Shown: in pieces, positions 37,088 through 49,356 of the stretch
Layout: each line of letters begins with the position of its first letter
How positions within the stretch are numbered: position 1 is the first letter of the stretch
Origin: Hydrolagus colliei
Lineage: Eukaryota
Direction: 5' to 3'
Length of the DNA: 64,000 bases
Assembly: GCA_035084275.1 (NCBI GenBank)
Contig: CM068751.1
Location: 8,742,001 to 8,806,000 of the forward strand
The notes under the pieces: model-generated
What the model was told of the DNA's origin: nothing
Seen by the model: the letters and a program-made list of their open reading frames with translations, nothing else
Database searches by the model: none
Made by a program: the position numbers and the translations under genes

Positions 37088-39062
37088 ATTCTTTATTATC
37101 TGAGCCGCCTCAAAATTCGTTGCTGTAAGTGCTACTCATATATGTTGCAGAACCTATTACGCCCCCCGACGTAAAAGGTGCTATTTAAAGGTAATTTTGT
37201 TGTTGCATGACTCGTCCCTAAACTCCCACAGAAACTGGGAATGTCATGGATTCAGATTCAACTGAGGAAACTGGTAGATTTTGGGGTGGAAATTGTTATG
37301 CTTCTCATAATGCGTTTGATGAAACAATTATCATGGTGAATGCATTCCGAACCTCTGCAAATTTCATCCGTGCGTGTGTATATACGTGGTCTGACCAAAG
37401 ACTGTAACATGCTGTTCCATTTAATGAGTCTCTCAGTAACACTCAGCAGGTCGTCTCCAACACAGTCAAGCAATGTTAAAGTCAAATTGGTAATCAAGGT
37501 GTAACTATAAAAGGGTTTTGTGCAACCATTTTTCATAATTTGCGCAATATCAAGCACATTAATATCTTTGACAGCTGCATTTTGGCATATTGTTAACATA
37601 GCAACTCTCAAATAAAACCTCCATTATTGGGGTCTCTGATAAGTAAATGGTCCTGAGGTTCACATATACTCCCTTAATTCATCACAGCCCGTTGAGTTTG
37701 CGATGATTTCACCTATACATGAAGTCAGACTTCATTACACAGAAGTAACGCTTTGGGAGGAAGAAACCAGTCTTCAACCAGTCTCTGTAAAATGGCTTCT
37801 GACAGAATTGTACCTCCTGTCAACATGGTTCCATTACGTTACAGCTTCTGTTTGTATTGGCTGACATGAGAGAATCCTTGAGTATGGGAGAATCCTCGAA
37901 TTACTGAGTGCTAAGGATGTTGCTTAAATAATAATCATCATCATAATAATAAATTCCATATTAGAAGCTGAATGATAAAGCACAACATTAAGAGCAGTGC
38001 TTAATCCAGTCCTTCTTTTACGTAATGCAATCTCTTTTTGGAATGAGTGGAGTGAAATAAAATAGTTTGTATTGAATTGTTCTTCAGCTGGTTTTCAAGC
38101 TCTGCGTTTTCTGATACAAAGAGTTGACCTATATCCAGACACTCGTACTAGTAAACAATGTCTTGCCAATGTCAAAGGTGTGCATAGTTTGCCTCTGTTC
38201 TCAGACTAAAATATAACAACAAAATTACATTAGTACAGCGCTTTTCATGTCAGGAGGTGAAATAGAATTTTACCTATCCCCAAGGTGCTGAATATTACAT
38301 TTTGAATAAATATTAAAACACTGCAGTAAAACTGCTTTTACTGAGTTGCGTGTTAGTCTCTCTTAGCACTTTGAAAACAATATATTTTGTGTGCTGAACG
38401 TGTGATATCATAGCTTTACAAGTGGTCTCTGTGTAGCAGAGACGTGTGTTCTGTGCCCAGTGAGATCCATGAATATTGCACAAGTCTACGCTTTTCTCCC
38501 CAATGCAAACCTCTCACTCAAGCAGCTGTTCCAGCAAACACTCCAAACTAGACAATGGGTTAAATTCCATATTCATTGACATAAGCAGGGGCCATATTAG
38601 AAGCAAATTAAATAAATTGAGTGTTTACAGCATCTAATCCAGCTTCACATATAATTACAATCAAGCGTAGGCAAAAGATTCCAGCCATGAGGCAAGTGCA
38701 TGACCAATTCATTTGGAGGACATAGGGAGAAACATCATGAATAATGTCTGGAGATTTTTAACGTCCACCTCACCAGGCAGGTAGAACTTGGTTTAAGATC
38801 TTGTGCAAAGATGACCTGACAATGCATCTCTTGCAACTCAGTGTTGCTGTGGCATGTTAGCAAAGACTGTAAGCTCAACATGGGATATGAAGCCACAACA
38901 TTGTGATACACAGATAACACTGGCACCAACCCAGCCAAACTGACTCAACCTTAACACGTACCGTTCAGACTATTACCTGACAGTCCCAGACCACCCCAAA
39001 CAAAACCTAAGTGAATTACTTTTCAAGACATGAGGTTGAAGTTGTCGTTCCGTTACATTCGT

Positions 39063-39280
39063 GGAATCCTGTACCTCAGTGGTTATAGCAATCGCCTTAA
39101 AAGTGTGAGACCTGTGTTCGAATCCAGGCAGTGTCAGGGCGAAACCTTGGGCAAGTTTCCTTAGTCCACACACCTAATAATAATCCCTCCAAAAAACACA
39201 CAATAATTTTTAAAATTGGTCATTTCAGTCCAGGACTGTTTCTGGAACGCTGCAGTGCGTAATTGACTGCCATGTTTCGC

Positions 39281-39333
<53 letters not shown>

Positions 39334-39430
39334 GACAATTCACTTTACAGTATATTTTGTGAAGCACTTTGAGATGTCTAGAAGACATGAAAAGTGCTAT
39401 ATCAAATGCAAGGATTATCATTATTATTAT
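39063..39430 (+). mobile_element. tRNA-derived SINE with an internal (AT)n(AC)n expansion at ~39283-39333
   Basis: Matches the consensus; the microsatellite expanded from the internal AATATACA motif. Confidence 0.9.
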
Positions 39431-40230
39431 AAAGAGTCCAGAGATACAGCGTCCATTCCCCCCACCCACCTCCACCACTTAACAGATTATTCCATAGAGT
39501 TCGTAACTGGTTGGATTGTTTGCCTTCTGCTGTTTGTCCTCCAATGTGAACAGAAATCACAGACGAGAACTGCAAACTTTCTGAACGAAACTTTCACGAG
39601 ATCAGAGCCATCTCCTCTGCTCTCACTTATTAATTGCATGGAACCTTTTACAAGATTGGCAGACCCCACACAATTGGAATTCAATGCCACTTTGGAAGTC
39701 ACGTTGGTACAAATCATACGCAAACCAGCGGACGTTCGTGGCAGGAAGCTTTGAAGGTTGCGTGGCACCTCAGTTTATTTTGGCGAATTCACTTCTCGAC
39801 GTCAGTCCCAAAGAGTTACTGTGACAGATGGTATTGGGGAATGAGTGGCTGGCAGTGGTGGTGGGGGTCTGAAGCAAATCCAGATTTAATATTTGTATTG
39901 CGCCTTTCCTGTCAGGAGGTAGAGTGCGATCAGATGTGTCGGTCTGCAATTGAAGCAGCTTGAATTCTGATGAGAGGTTTCTGTATTGTAAGTCTGATCA
40001 TGTGCCTAATTGCATGATGCAAGTGCAATGAAGTGATGAATCATTTTCCCTGGATATTTTGCAGCACGTCTAAAATATTATGGTGTTCTACCGGGCTGTG
40101 ATAAAACAGGCATTTATTTTTAACCAGTAAATGTCATGAAAGACATGGAAACAGCTGTTTAAACTATGGAGTGTGTGGTAATATGCCTCATCTATCAGAT
40201 AATAATAATCCTTGCATTTGGCATGCGTTG

Positions 40231-40540
40231 GGAGTCCTGTAGAACAGGACTTACAAGCGAGAGACCTGGGTTCTATTCCAGGCAAGTCAGTGTGAAACCT
40301 TGGGCAAGTTTCCTTACTCTACACGCCTAATAATAATCCCTCAGAAAAATACAACAATAAATTGGTCATTTCAATCCATGACTGTTTGTGGGACACCGCT
40401 GTGCGCAATTGGCAGCCGCATTTCGCCCATGTATATACAGTCAATTCATTTTACAGGGTATTCTGTGAAGCGCTTTGAGGCGTCTAGAAGACGTGAAAAG
40501 CGCTACATCAAATGCAAGGATTATTTATTTTATCATTATC
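40231..40540 (+). mobile_element. tRNA-derived SINE with foldback/deletion in the head, followed by an L2 fragment (40541-40710)
   Basis: Matches the consensus; the D arm is replaced by an inverted copy of the 5' end. Confidence 0.88.
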
Positions 40541-41065
40541 TTCAGCCACCACGCCCCAAAACTCTGGAACACTCTCCCTGAGTCTCTCCACCTCACCCGC
40601 TCTCTTCCCTGTTTGAAGTCCTGCCTGAAAACCTTCCTTATCGGCTGTGCTTATGGTCACCTTCTGCCCCCTGTGTGGAGGGCGAGATATAAATGCAAGT
40701 TGTTGTTGTCTTCGTGACATCTCAAAGTGCTTCACAGAATATAGTGTAAAGTGGTTCGACTGTATATGATGACCCTCCTGCCACTGTGAACTCTTAATGT
40801 AGCGCTGGTGGGAGTTGCATTGTCATTAAACTTATTGGAAAAGTTTATCAATGGGATTGATCGCTTTAATTGGATTATTCTAGATTATCTCCAGAGTGAG
40901 TGTGTAGGTGGAGTGAAACTCATCTGAATCTATCATTGTACTTAGCGCTTATTCATTTTAAATCTGTCACCTATTTTGGCACTTAAGTAGCTGCTCACAT
41001 CTGTCATCTATTTCTCCCGGCATTTTAAAACCTAGATGCATGTATTTCTTCTACCCCGAATGTTA

Positions 41066-41378
41066 GGAGCTCCTGTAGCTCAGTGGTTAGAGCACTCGCC
41101 TTACAAGCGTGAGACCTGTGTTCGAATCCAGGCAGATCAGGGCGAAACTTTGGGCAAGTTTCCTTACTCCACACTCCCCCTAATAATAATCCCTCCAAAA
41201 AGAACCACAATAATAAAATTGGTCATTTCAATCCACGACTGTTTGTGGGGACACTGCTGTGCGCAATTGGCAGCTGCGTTTCGCCCACAAATATACAGTC
41301 AATTCACTTTACGTCTAGACGTCTAGAAGATGTCAAAAAGCGCTATATCAAATACAAGGATTATAATATTATTATTGT
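41066..41378 (+). mobile_element. tRNA-derived SINE
   Basis: Near-consensus head GGAGCTCCTGTAGCTCAGTGGTTAGAGCACTCGCCTTACAAGCGTGAGACCTGTGTTCGAATCCAGG. Confidence 0.92.
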
Positions 41379-42599
41379 TATGTCCACCGACCATCCAAAT
41401 CGCCCTACTGACAGCAGAAAGCTTTCCATTCTTTGGAACTAACTCCAAACCCGAATTTCTCTGGCTTTTCCTCCCTCAACTCTTCATCAACAAAAATACC
41501 TACCTATTTCAACTATGTTTCAGACTACCTTTCCTCACTCCCGCCCACCCCTCACTCACCACCACCAGCCACTCCTTCACCTCCTCTTCCTGCCTCGAAC
41601 TCCCAGTCAACCAGGGAATCTTTGCAGGAACATTTGTAGATGTGTCGTGAGGACAGTCAGGCTGAGCTCTGAGTCAAATCAATCAAATCGCCTGCACACT
41701 CCTTGTTAAAAGTCGCACGTGAATGATTACCTTCAACCTGAACATCACTGGAATGAATCCAGGATAGGATGGAAGAAGAATTCCTAACAATTCCAGTTGA
41801 TCTGGTAACAATTCTAATTGTTGAACTAGGTGCAAAAACATGTTTACTATATATATATATATACTGTATATATCACAATATATTGTATATATCTGGTCCA
41901 TACTGCATACACTGCATAGATCATTAACATGTCCAGATTTTAGAATAATATATAATAATAATCCTTGCATTTGATACAGTGCTTTTTCACATCTCATCGA
42001 TGTCCCAAAGCGCTTCACAGAATAGACTGTAAAATTAATTGATTTTTTGTGGGAAAACTTTACAAAGCGGTGGGGTTTCGCTATGAAAGGGTAAAATTCT
42101 GAATGAAAATTTAAGTTGGTAAATATTCTCAACTGAATCCTTTGATTAAATCTCAGTTTATTTCAGAAACTGGGGTTTCTCTCCAAAGCTGTTTCTGTGG
42201 AAGAGAAGTGCGAAGGTCATTTCAGCAGAGAGCAAGCTCCAGAGAAATTCTCTTTCCCACACCTCCCGCCCCCCCCCCCCCCACCGGCCCATCATTTATA
42301 TAAAAAATAAATGACATTCAATAGAATTGAAAATACTGCCAGCCAGTAACTTCATTAAAAAATCTCTTCCAAACAGTGGCGGACACACAGAGATGCCTGG
42401 ATTAACCACATCAAAATAGTCCTGTGACCAAAACAAACCCAAACAAATGACTGCACTCCATGTTATTCTCGAACAAGTGCCTGGCAATTCGATTGCTGCA
42501 AACTGTTACTGTTTCATTTTTTTTAAAACTGCTGTCATTCAGCTCTGTTCTAATGTATAATGAAATGGTTTCTGTGCGACTGTGAAGGCTGCTGAACAC

Positions 42600-43449
42600 A
42601 CACAGAGAGAGAGAGAGAAAGATTAGTGGGGATATGTCTTTAGGACATTGCTAACAGGAATGCCCTGGTACAAGATAAGGTTGGCATTCCGTTGCACATA
42701 TACATTTATAGCTTGTGTTTCTCTTTCTCTAACACCCCTCCCTAAATAGCCTGGGCATGTGCTTGGCATTCTTGCCTGGTTTAGCTATGTTCTTTTACTG
42801 TTGGTTTCCCATTGGTCATTCACGACAAGTCAGTGCAGCCACGATGATTGAACGCAGTCTAGCAATCTATTTTTATCCCATAGTAACAGTGACGGAGTCG
42901 GGGTGGGGGATTAGGTTGGGGGTGGGTGTGGTGGTGGGGGGGGGTTAGGGTGGGCGAGTGGAGAAGCTGTCTTTCTCATTTAGCAGCAACGCAAGCAAGA
43001 ATTCTGGGTGCAATCACAGCAGCAGCACATCAGTAAGCCTTTGTCTTTATTAGATATAAGGCATATTCTGTTGCTGTTGCTTTGGAGGGTGATTCTATGG
43101 AGTGGAGATTTTTGTCGTAAGGAAATTGTTGGGTGACAGAAGGAGGCCTGGTCCCCTTGGCAGGCCAGAGCACGGGGCAGGAAGGTGTTGGAATTTTTGA
43201 TGCAGTTGACTTCACACCGACAGGAAACAGCAAACAAACCCAGGTTTATTCTGATTGGGGTGCTTCGGGTTACAAGACGGAGAAGTGTTCAGACTCTTTA
43301 AGAAGAGCGAAGATGAGAAGCGAAAGAGACCGAAAATTGCAAACAAAAACTTGAGTTCCTTTTGGGTATGGCTGAGGTGAAATAATCTGGTTGTACTATG
43401 TAAAGTCACGGGCTCATGAGAGCAATTGGATTCTTAAACCACTTACATT
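42600..43449 (+). promoter_or_regulatory. Putative promoter / 5' UTR of the 43450 first exon
   Basis: ATTGG at 42811-42815, G-rich GT/GC-box tract at 42900-42957 and MEF2-like CTAAATAG at ~42742. No SINE between ~42060 and 44129. Confidence 0.45.
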
Positions 43450-43527
43450 ATGTCTATGAACCACGGTGATGGAACCAAGATCACTGGAAATGTATCTGCC
43501 GCCAATCTTGTGGCCAATTATAGAAAG
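43450..43527 (+). CDS. SCHIP1: Candidate alternative first coding exon (MSMNHGDGTKITGNVSAANLVANYRK), phase 0
   Basis: 26 open codons ending at a strong donor AGA AAG|gtaaga, in frame with the exon at 48089. Preceded by ~1.3 kb of mostly repeat-free sequence with promoter motifs. Confidence 0.72.
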
Positions 43528-44128
43528 GTAAGAATCTGAAGTCATTGGGATTCATTGATTTGCAGGTCCAATGGCTTCAAGGCTTGAGTTAGAATCCAGG
43601 TTATCGGTTATTTATTATAAACTTTCCATCACTGCTTGTGGACCACATTTCCTGGCTTGTCTACATCCCGAATGTTTAAGGTTACTGAATCAACATCATA
43701 ATTTTCTCTTTGCATAATTTGATCTTTGCCTGTAAGATGTTTCTTAAAATTTCAGATTGCAGAGAATGTTTGGAAATGTCTTTAAATTGTCTCTCTTTTT
43801 GGGTGGGGGGAGGGTTGGCTTTCCCTACATCTTTGGAAATGACAGATTTTTTTGAAAATCTGCGCAATCTTAATTTTTAAGACAATGGTCCTAAGGCTAA
43901 AACCATGAGATGATCTTTGAACTGCGCCACACTAGCTGATCTCAGCATCTGGATACCTGTAAATGGCCTCAATGCCCTCGAGTGGAGGAAAATTGGCCAG
44001 CATTCCCTCACTTGATAGTTATCCAAAAAAACAGTTGTGCTTATAATGGCTCAGCTGTCTCGTTTTTCTTTCTCTCTCTCTCTCAACCCCTCCCATTGTC
44101 GAACAAATTTCCTGTGTGCCCTGCTATG

Positions 44129-44435
44129 GACCTCCTTTAGCTCAGTGGTTAGAGCACTCGCCTTACAAGCGTGAGTCTTGTGTTTGAATCCAGGCAGATG
44201 AGGGCGAAACCTTGGGCAGGTTTCCTTACTCTATGTGCCTAATAATAAATAATAATCCGTCCAAAAAAAGCCACAATAATAAAAATTGGTCCTTTCAATC
44301 CACAACTGTTTGCTGTGCGCAATTGACTGCCGCCCAGAAATATACAGTCAATTCACGTTACAGTATATTCTGTGAAGCGCTTTGAGACGTCGCTAAGATG
44401 TGAAAAATGCTGTAAAAATGCAAGGATTATTATTA
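44129..44435 (+). mobile_element. tRNA-derived SINE
   Basis: Matches the consensus. Confidence 0.9.
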
Positions 44436-46634
44436 TGCTTCACCTGTGAAGTGTTGGAAGAAAGGCACGATGAATGCTCAGGGAACCTCCAAATCTAATA
44501 CTCCATTTCTTAAGTCTAACAGAGCATAACATAAAAACAACCATATTTGTATAGCCCCTTCACATCAGGAGGACGTGAAAGGTAAAAATGACCTAAGTTA
44601 ATTTGGGTGAAAACCTGCATTGATAACAGTAAAAAAAAAACGAGAAAAAAAACGTGAAGGGTTAAGAGACTAAAATGGGAGATGGTAGTCAACAGCCTTG
44701 AAAGCAGTGGGGAGAAAGATGGGTCAGTTTAATGGTGGTAAAAATAAATTTATGTCATTTCATAATACAGTACATTTCTTGGGATGGTTATTACAAGAAA
44801 CACACAACAAAACAGTGTTAATTTCAACCTCTTTTCCCCAACCCCACATACGTTTCAGATCTCTTCAACCTGAGATTTAGTGACTGAAGTTAAGGGAAGC
44901 GGTATTTTTTTTAGAAGAGCAGCTGGAAAATCTTAACTTTCTATGAATAAATTCAATGCTTATTTGCATATTTCAGTTACAATTCAGGATGCAAATCCAG
45001 TTTGAAAGATTACAATGATAAAATCGTATTGATCTGAAACTGGTATGGTTGAGTGTCTCACTTAGAGAATCATGTTGGTGTATTAAGCTCAAGCAAGGCA
45101 GTGTGTAGAAAGCTTCCCAGCGTCTTGGGACATCCTCCTGATGTGAACGGCGCTATGTAATTGCAATTTGTTGTTGTAAAATGGCTTCAACTCCTGTGCA
45201 TTAGGAAGGGGAAAAATCGACAAGGTTCCTACCTTGGGAAAAGGCAGAGAAATGATTGCTAACCAGGCGTCTTTTAATTGTGCATAGAATTGCAACTACT
45301 CTGGGAGTGTTAAGTATTTTGGATTTAAGGCAACATAACAAATCTGTATTTCCAATCACACTTGAGAAGAACAATGCCTGCCTTGAATTCTGGCTTTTTG
45401 ATTTACGTTAATGCATCCCTCTGTTTCCAAATATAGAAATGATTTAGCAGCCATCGCCAACAGCCTCTGGGATTAAGAGGGTATTTTTTTTTAAAAAAAT
45501 CTTGTTTGAAACAGAACAGCTGGAAGGAAAATTGACCTGTCATGGTGCTCACATCATGTCCTAAATTGCCATCTGATCTCACATTAATCCTGGTCAGTAT
45601 CTTTACAGGCCAAGTGTCTTGTTAAGAACGTCCAGAGATAAATATTTGAAAAATATTGTCAGGAAAAACTACAGCTGAACTACTCCTTCCTGTCCCCTTG
45701 AACTAATTAGATAGTAGCTCGTTAACATTGAGTATGCATATTGGTCAGTCAACAGAAAACTATAAGATATAAGGAACAGATGACATTATTGAGACATCAC
45801 TTTATCTTCATGTGCAAGGAAGGAATTTGGTTGCATTAGCAACTATAGTATTATCAATGTCTCCTGTAGATTTCTACGATTGCCAAATCACTTCAGGACA
45901 TAATTGCAAAGAGATCGATTGAAATAACACTTTTAAGACACAGACTGGGAAGGCAGGAGATTTAAGATGAAAGCATTGTGGATTTGAGGTTTTACAATGG
46001 TTATTATATAGATATATATATATCTATATAATAAACCTTGCATTTGATATAGTGCTTTTCACGTCTTCTAGACATCAGAGCACTTCACATAGCATACTGT
46101 AAAGTGAATTGACTGTATATTTGTGAGCGAAATATACATAGATACATAATATACTCATATATATATATAATATATGTAACCTGGCAGGTAGCTGTGGTTA
46201 TGATTGTAGACATAAAGAATCAGCAATATGTATTACTTGTAATTCTTAATGAAGGAGTTTGTTTTAGCTTCACGGATACGTTTATAAATTATTTTCCTCT
46301 ACATTACATTAAGACAATACTTTAGTTTTTTGCAGGATGACTCTCCACCTCCCCCTTCTTTATAATGCGGAGTTTAGGGTCCACAAAATGAAACTTTAAT
46401 TATTACAGAATTGTGAGACAAAATGGCCACTCAGCCAATTTGCAGGTCATCAAGTTGCTAGTGCAAATGATACTTTGGAGAGACTCTTAAGCATCGTGTT
46501 GGGTTTCCGCATGTGTCAGGCACCCGGCTGACCAAAATAAATAAACTGATATAGAAAAGCCATCTTTCCTACACTGAGAAACACAGTGGGTATAAGCCGT
46601 TGTTTTGCAACAATGTCATTGGACATGTGAAAGT

Positions 46635-46965
46635 GGAGTCCTGTAGCTCAGTGGTTAGAGCACTCGCCTTACGAGCGTGATGTTCGAATCCAGGCAGGTC
46701 AGGGCGAAACCTTGGGCACGTTTTCTTACTCCACACACACGCCTAATAATAATCCCTCCCCAAAAAAACACAATAATAAAATTGGTCATTTCAATCCAAG
46801 GCTGTTGATGGGACACTACTGTGTGCAATTGGCTGCCGCGTTTCGCCCACAAAATATACAGTCAATTCACTTTACAATATTTTTTGTGAAGTGCTTTGGG
46901 ATGGCTAGAAAATGTGAAAAGCGCTATATCCAAATGCAAGGATTATTATTATATTATTATTATTA
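46635..46965 (+). mobile_element. tRNA-derived SINE
   Basis: Matches the consensus. Confidence 0.9.
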
Positions 46966-48088
46966 AGTACCATACCAAAACCAGGTGCATCGCTTAATAA
47001 GAATAAGAATATAGAGCCATTTGAGCAGATATTCTGTTGGGAATCTGCTGAGTCCTTCAGAGGTAAGAGCCATATAAATAAATCAATAAACAAATGCTTT
47101 TTACCTTCCTCTGTGAAGAGGGACTGTAGTAATTGCTCTGTGTGTAGACCTGCTGGCTCCAGTGACTTGCAGAGAGAGAGAGAGACCTGCACGTTGGGTT
47201 ATTTGGGAAATAGAGCTTGTTCTCGAGAATGTTTTCTTCCCGGATTCATTTCTTACTGGGATGCCTTTGGCATCAACCAATTAACCACCAGCAGGAACTC
47301 TTTTGCTCTGTAAGGGAATTGAATCTACAGCCATAGGGAATGTGTATGGCTGAAAAATGAGGAAATTTAATCAGTGTGGGAGATTCCGCAGAGCATTCTT
47401 GATAATCTGCATGTTTGAAGGACAACATAAATTTCTTGAAGATTTACGCATTGTGCATTGTCTGCAAAGTGAAGGGATGGCCTTATTTTAAATTCATGGT
47501 GGTGCATTAGGGAATGTAGATCAATTTGGCATTCACATACTAACAGGCAGGCGCTCGCTCAGTGGACAAGCTGAAGGAAATACATTTTGTAAATGGCAAT
47601 GGTGTGTTTTCAGCCAATGGAAATAATAAATAATAATCCCTACATTCCATATGGATATGTTCAATTCTAGGCAGTGCAATACCTTAGGCGGGTTTCGTTC
47701 CTCCACAAGCTTGATAAAAATCCCTTGAAAAAAATAATAAATTGGTCATTTCAATCCATGACTGTTTGTGGAACACTGCTGTGCACAATTGACTGCTGCG
47801 TTTCGTCCACAAATATACAGTCAATTCACTTTATGGCATATTCTGTGAAGCGTTTGGAGGCGTACAGAAGACGTGAAAAGCGCTATATCAAATGCAAGGA
47901 TTATTATTATTATTATTATTATCTGCCATTATCAGATTGTCTCTAGTCATCTCCACATCCGCGGTATTTGTCTCTACCTTGTCTCTTAACGTGTTTCTGA
48001 CTCTTTTCAAACCAGCAGAGGGTTCAATGCGGTCATCTTTCCAGGTCTGTGCAGCCGTCTGAAATATTTTCCTCTTGTTTGTTTTCAG

Positions 48089-48207
48089 GCTCAAAAGAAT
48101 GAAAGGGAATCAATCCGACAGAAGTTGGCACTGGGCAGCTTCTTTGACGATGGTCCAGGAATTTACACCAGCTGTAGCAAGAGTGGTAAACCCAGCCTCT
48201 CTTCACG
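48089..48207 (+). CDS. SCHIP1: SCHIP1 common exon [39 protein letters not shown](R), phase 0-2
   Basis: Acceptor ttgtttgttttcag|GCT CAA AAG; donor TCA CG|gtgagt; 119 nt. Confidence 0.97.
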
Positions 48208-48326
48208 GTGAGTGTTGGGAGTGAAAAATCATTTTTTTTTAAAAACAATCAAGTGCGTTAACATTTATCTGTGGGCAGAGGTCGGGCATCACAGCAAACT
48301 CTCATCTCAGACTTGCTCAACATCAT

Positions 48327-48460
48327 CTGTTGAAGGATGGGTCGTGGACCCGAAACGTTGACTCACTTTCCTTTCTCCGTGAATGCTGCCTGACCTGCTG
48401 AGTTTTCCCAGCAACTTCTGTGTTTGTTTCAGATTTCCAGCATCTGTAGTATTTTGTGTT
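48327..48460 (+). mobile_element. Penelope-like mini-element with a hammerhead-ribozyme-like 5' end and a 14-bp target site duplication
   Basis: Flanked by TTGCTCAACATCAT at 48313-48326 and 48461-48474. Starts CTGTTGA-aggat-GGGTC-gtg-GACCC-GAAACGTT. The body is homologous to 19719-19822. Confidence 0.75.
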
Positions 48461-48494
48461 TTGCTCAACATCATGCTTATCCTACAACAAAATT

Positions 48495-48680
48495 GTTCAA
48501 CAACAAAATTACACTTGTATAGCGCCTTTCGCGTCAGGAGGACATCTCAAGGCGCTGGACAGTCACTGTTTCGAACCCTAGCTGGGGACAGGGGGGGGCG
48601 GAGGGAAGGGGGGGGGATAAGGAGTTGACGATGAGACCATCAAAGAGGAGAGTCTTGAGGCGGTGACTTGAAGAAGGCCA
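48495..48680 (-). mobile_element. L2 LINE 3' fragment
   Basis: Reverse complement of the L2 3' end. Confidence 0.85.
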
Positions 48681-49019
48681 ACATTCTCTCTCTCTCTCTC
48701 TCTCTCTCTCCCCCTCTCATTTTATTAAACAAATGTAAGTTGTTGTTGTTGTTTTTATGTCATCCAAATATTACTAACATTGACATTGCTAAAGTCAATA
48801 GAAATTAATTGTAGTTTCCCATAATTTCTTACTCTACTGATGTTTCACTATTTGACAACAAGGTTAACAATATTAACTGCCATTATATATAGTGCCTTTC
48901 TGTTTGAACAGATGCCTTCACAGGGTTTACTACAAAGTGTGGTGCCTGCGTTGTGTAGACTACTCTGGTTGTTAAGTTGTGTTCTGGCTTCCGATTTGCA
49001 CAACTCTCTGATCCTTGTA

Positions 49020-49346
49020 GAGCTCCTGTAGCTCAGTGGTTAGAGCACTCCCCTTACAAACTTGAGACCTGTGTTTGAATCCAGGCAGATCAGGGCAAAA
49101 CCGTGGCAAGTTTCCTTACTCCACACACCTAATAATAATCCCTCCAAAACAAAACATGATAATTAAAATTGGTCATTTCAATCCACGACTATATGTGGGA
49201 CACTGCTGTGTGCAATTGGCTGCTGTGTTTTGCCCACAAATATACAGTCAATTCACTCTACAGTATATTCTGTGAAGCGCTTTGAGACGTCTAGAAGATG
49301 TGAAAAGCGCTATATCAAATGCAAGGATTATTATTATTATTATTAT
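49020..49346 (+). mobile_element. tRNA-derived SINE, full length, abutting the SCHIP1 acceptor at 49355-49356
   Basis: Matches the consensus; the (TTA)n tail ends ~10 nt before the exon. Confidence 0.92.
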
Positions 49347-49356
49347 CCCGTTGCAG

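Noticed and set aside
40300-40581. Family of recurring ORFs (GKFPYST..., WSKETCPRFRPDL..., [11 protein letters not shown]...)
   Set aside because: These are translations of SINE copies in several frames on both strands, with inconsistent starts and stops. They are not a protein family.
49011-49356. Idea that the SINE target duplication copied the whole splice acceptor (atccttgtag vs atcccgttgcag)
   Set aside because: Several other copies begin with TGTGGAG, so ttgtag|ag is equally explained as a mutated SINE 5' end. Only atcc is clearly shared.
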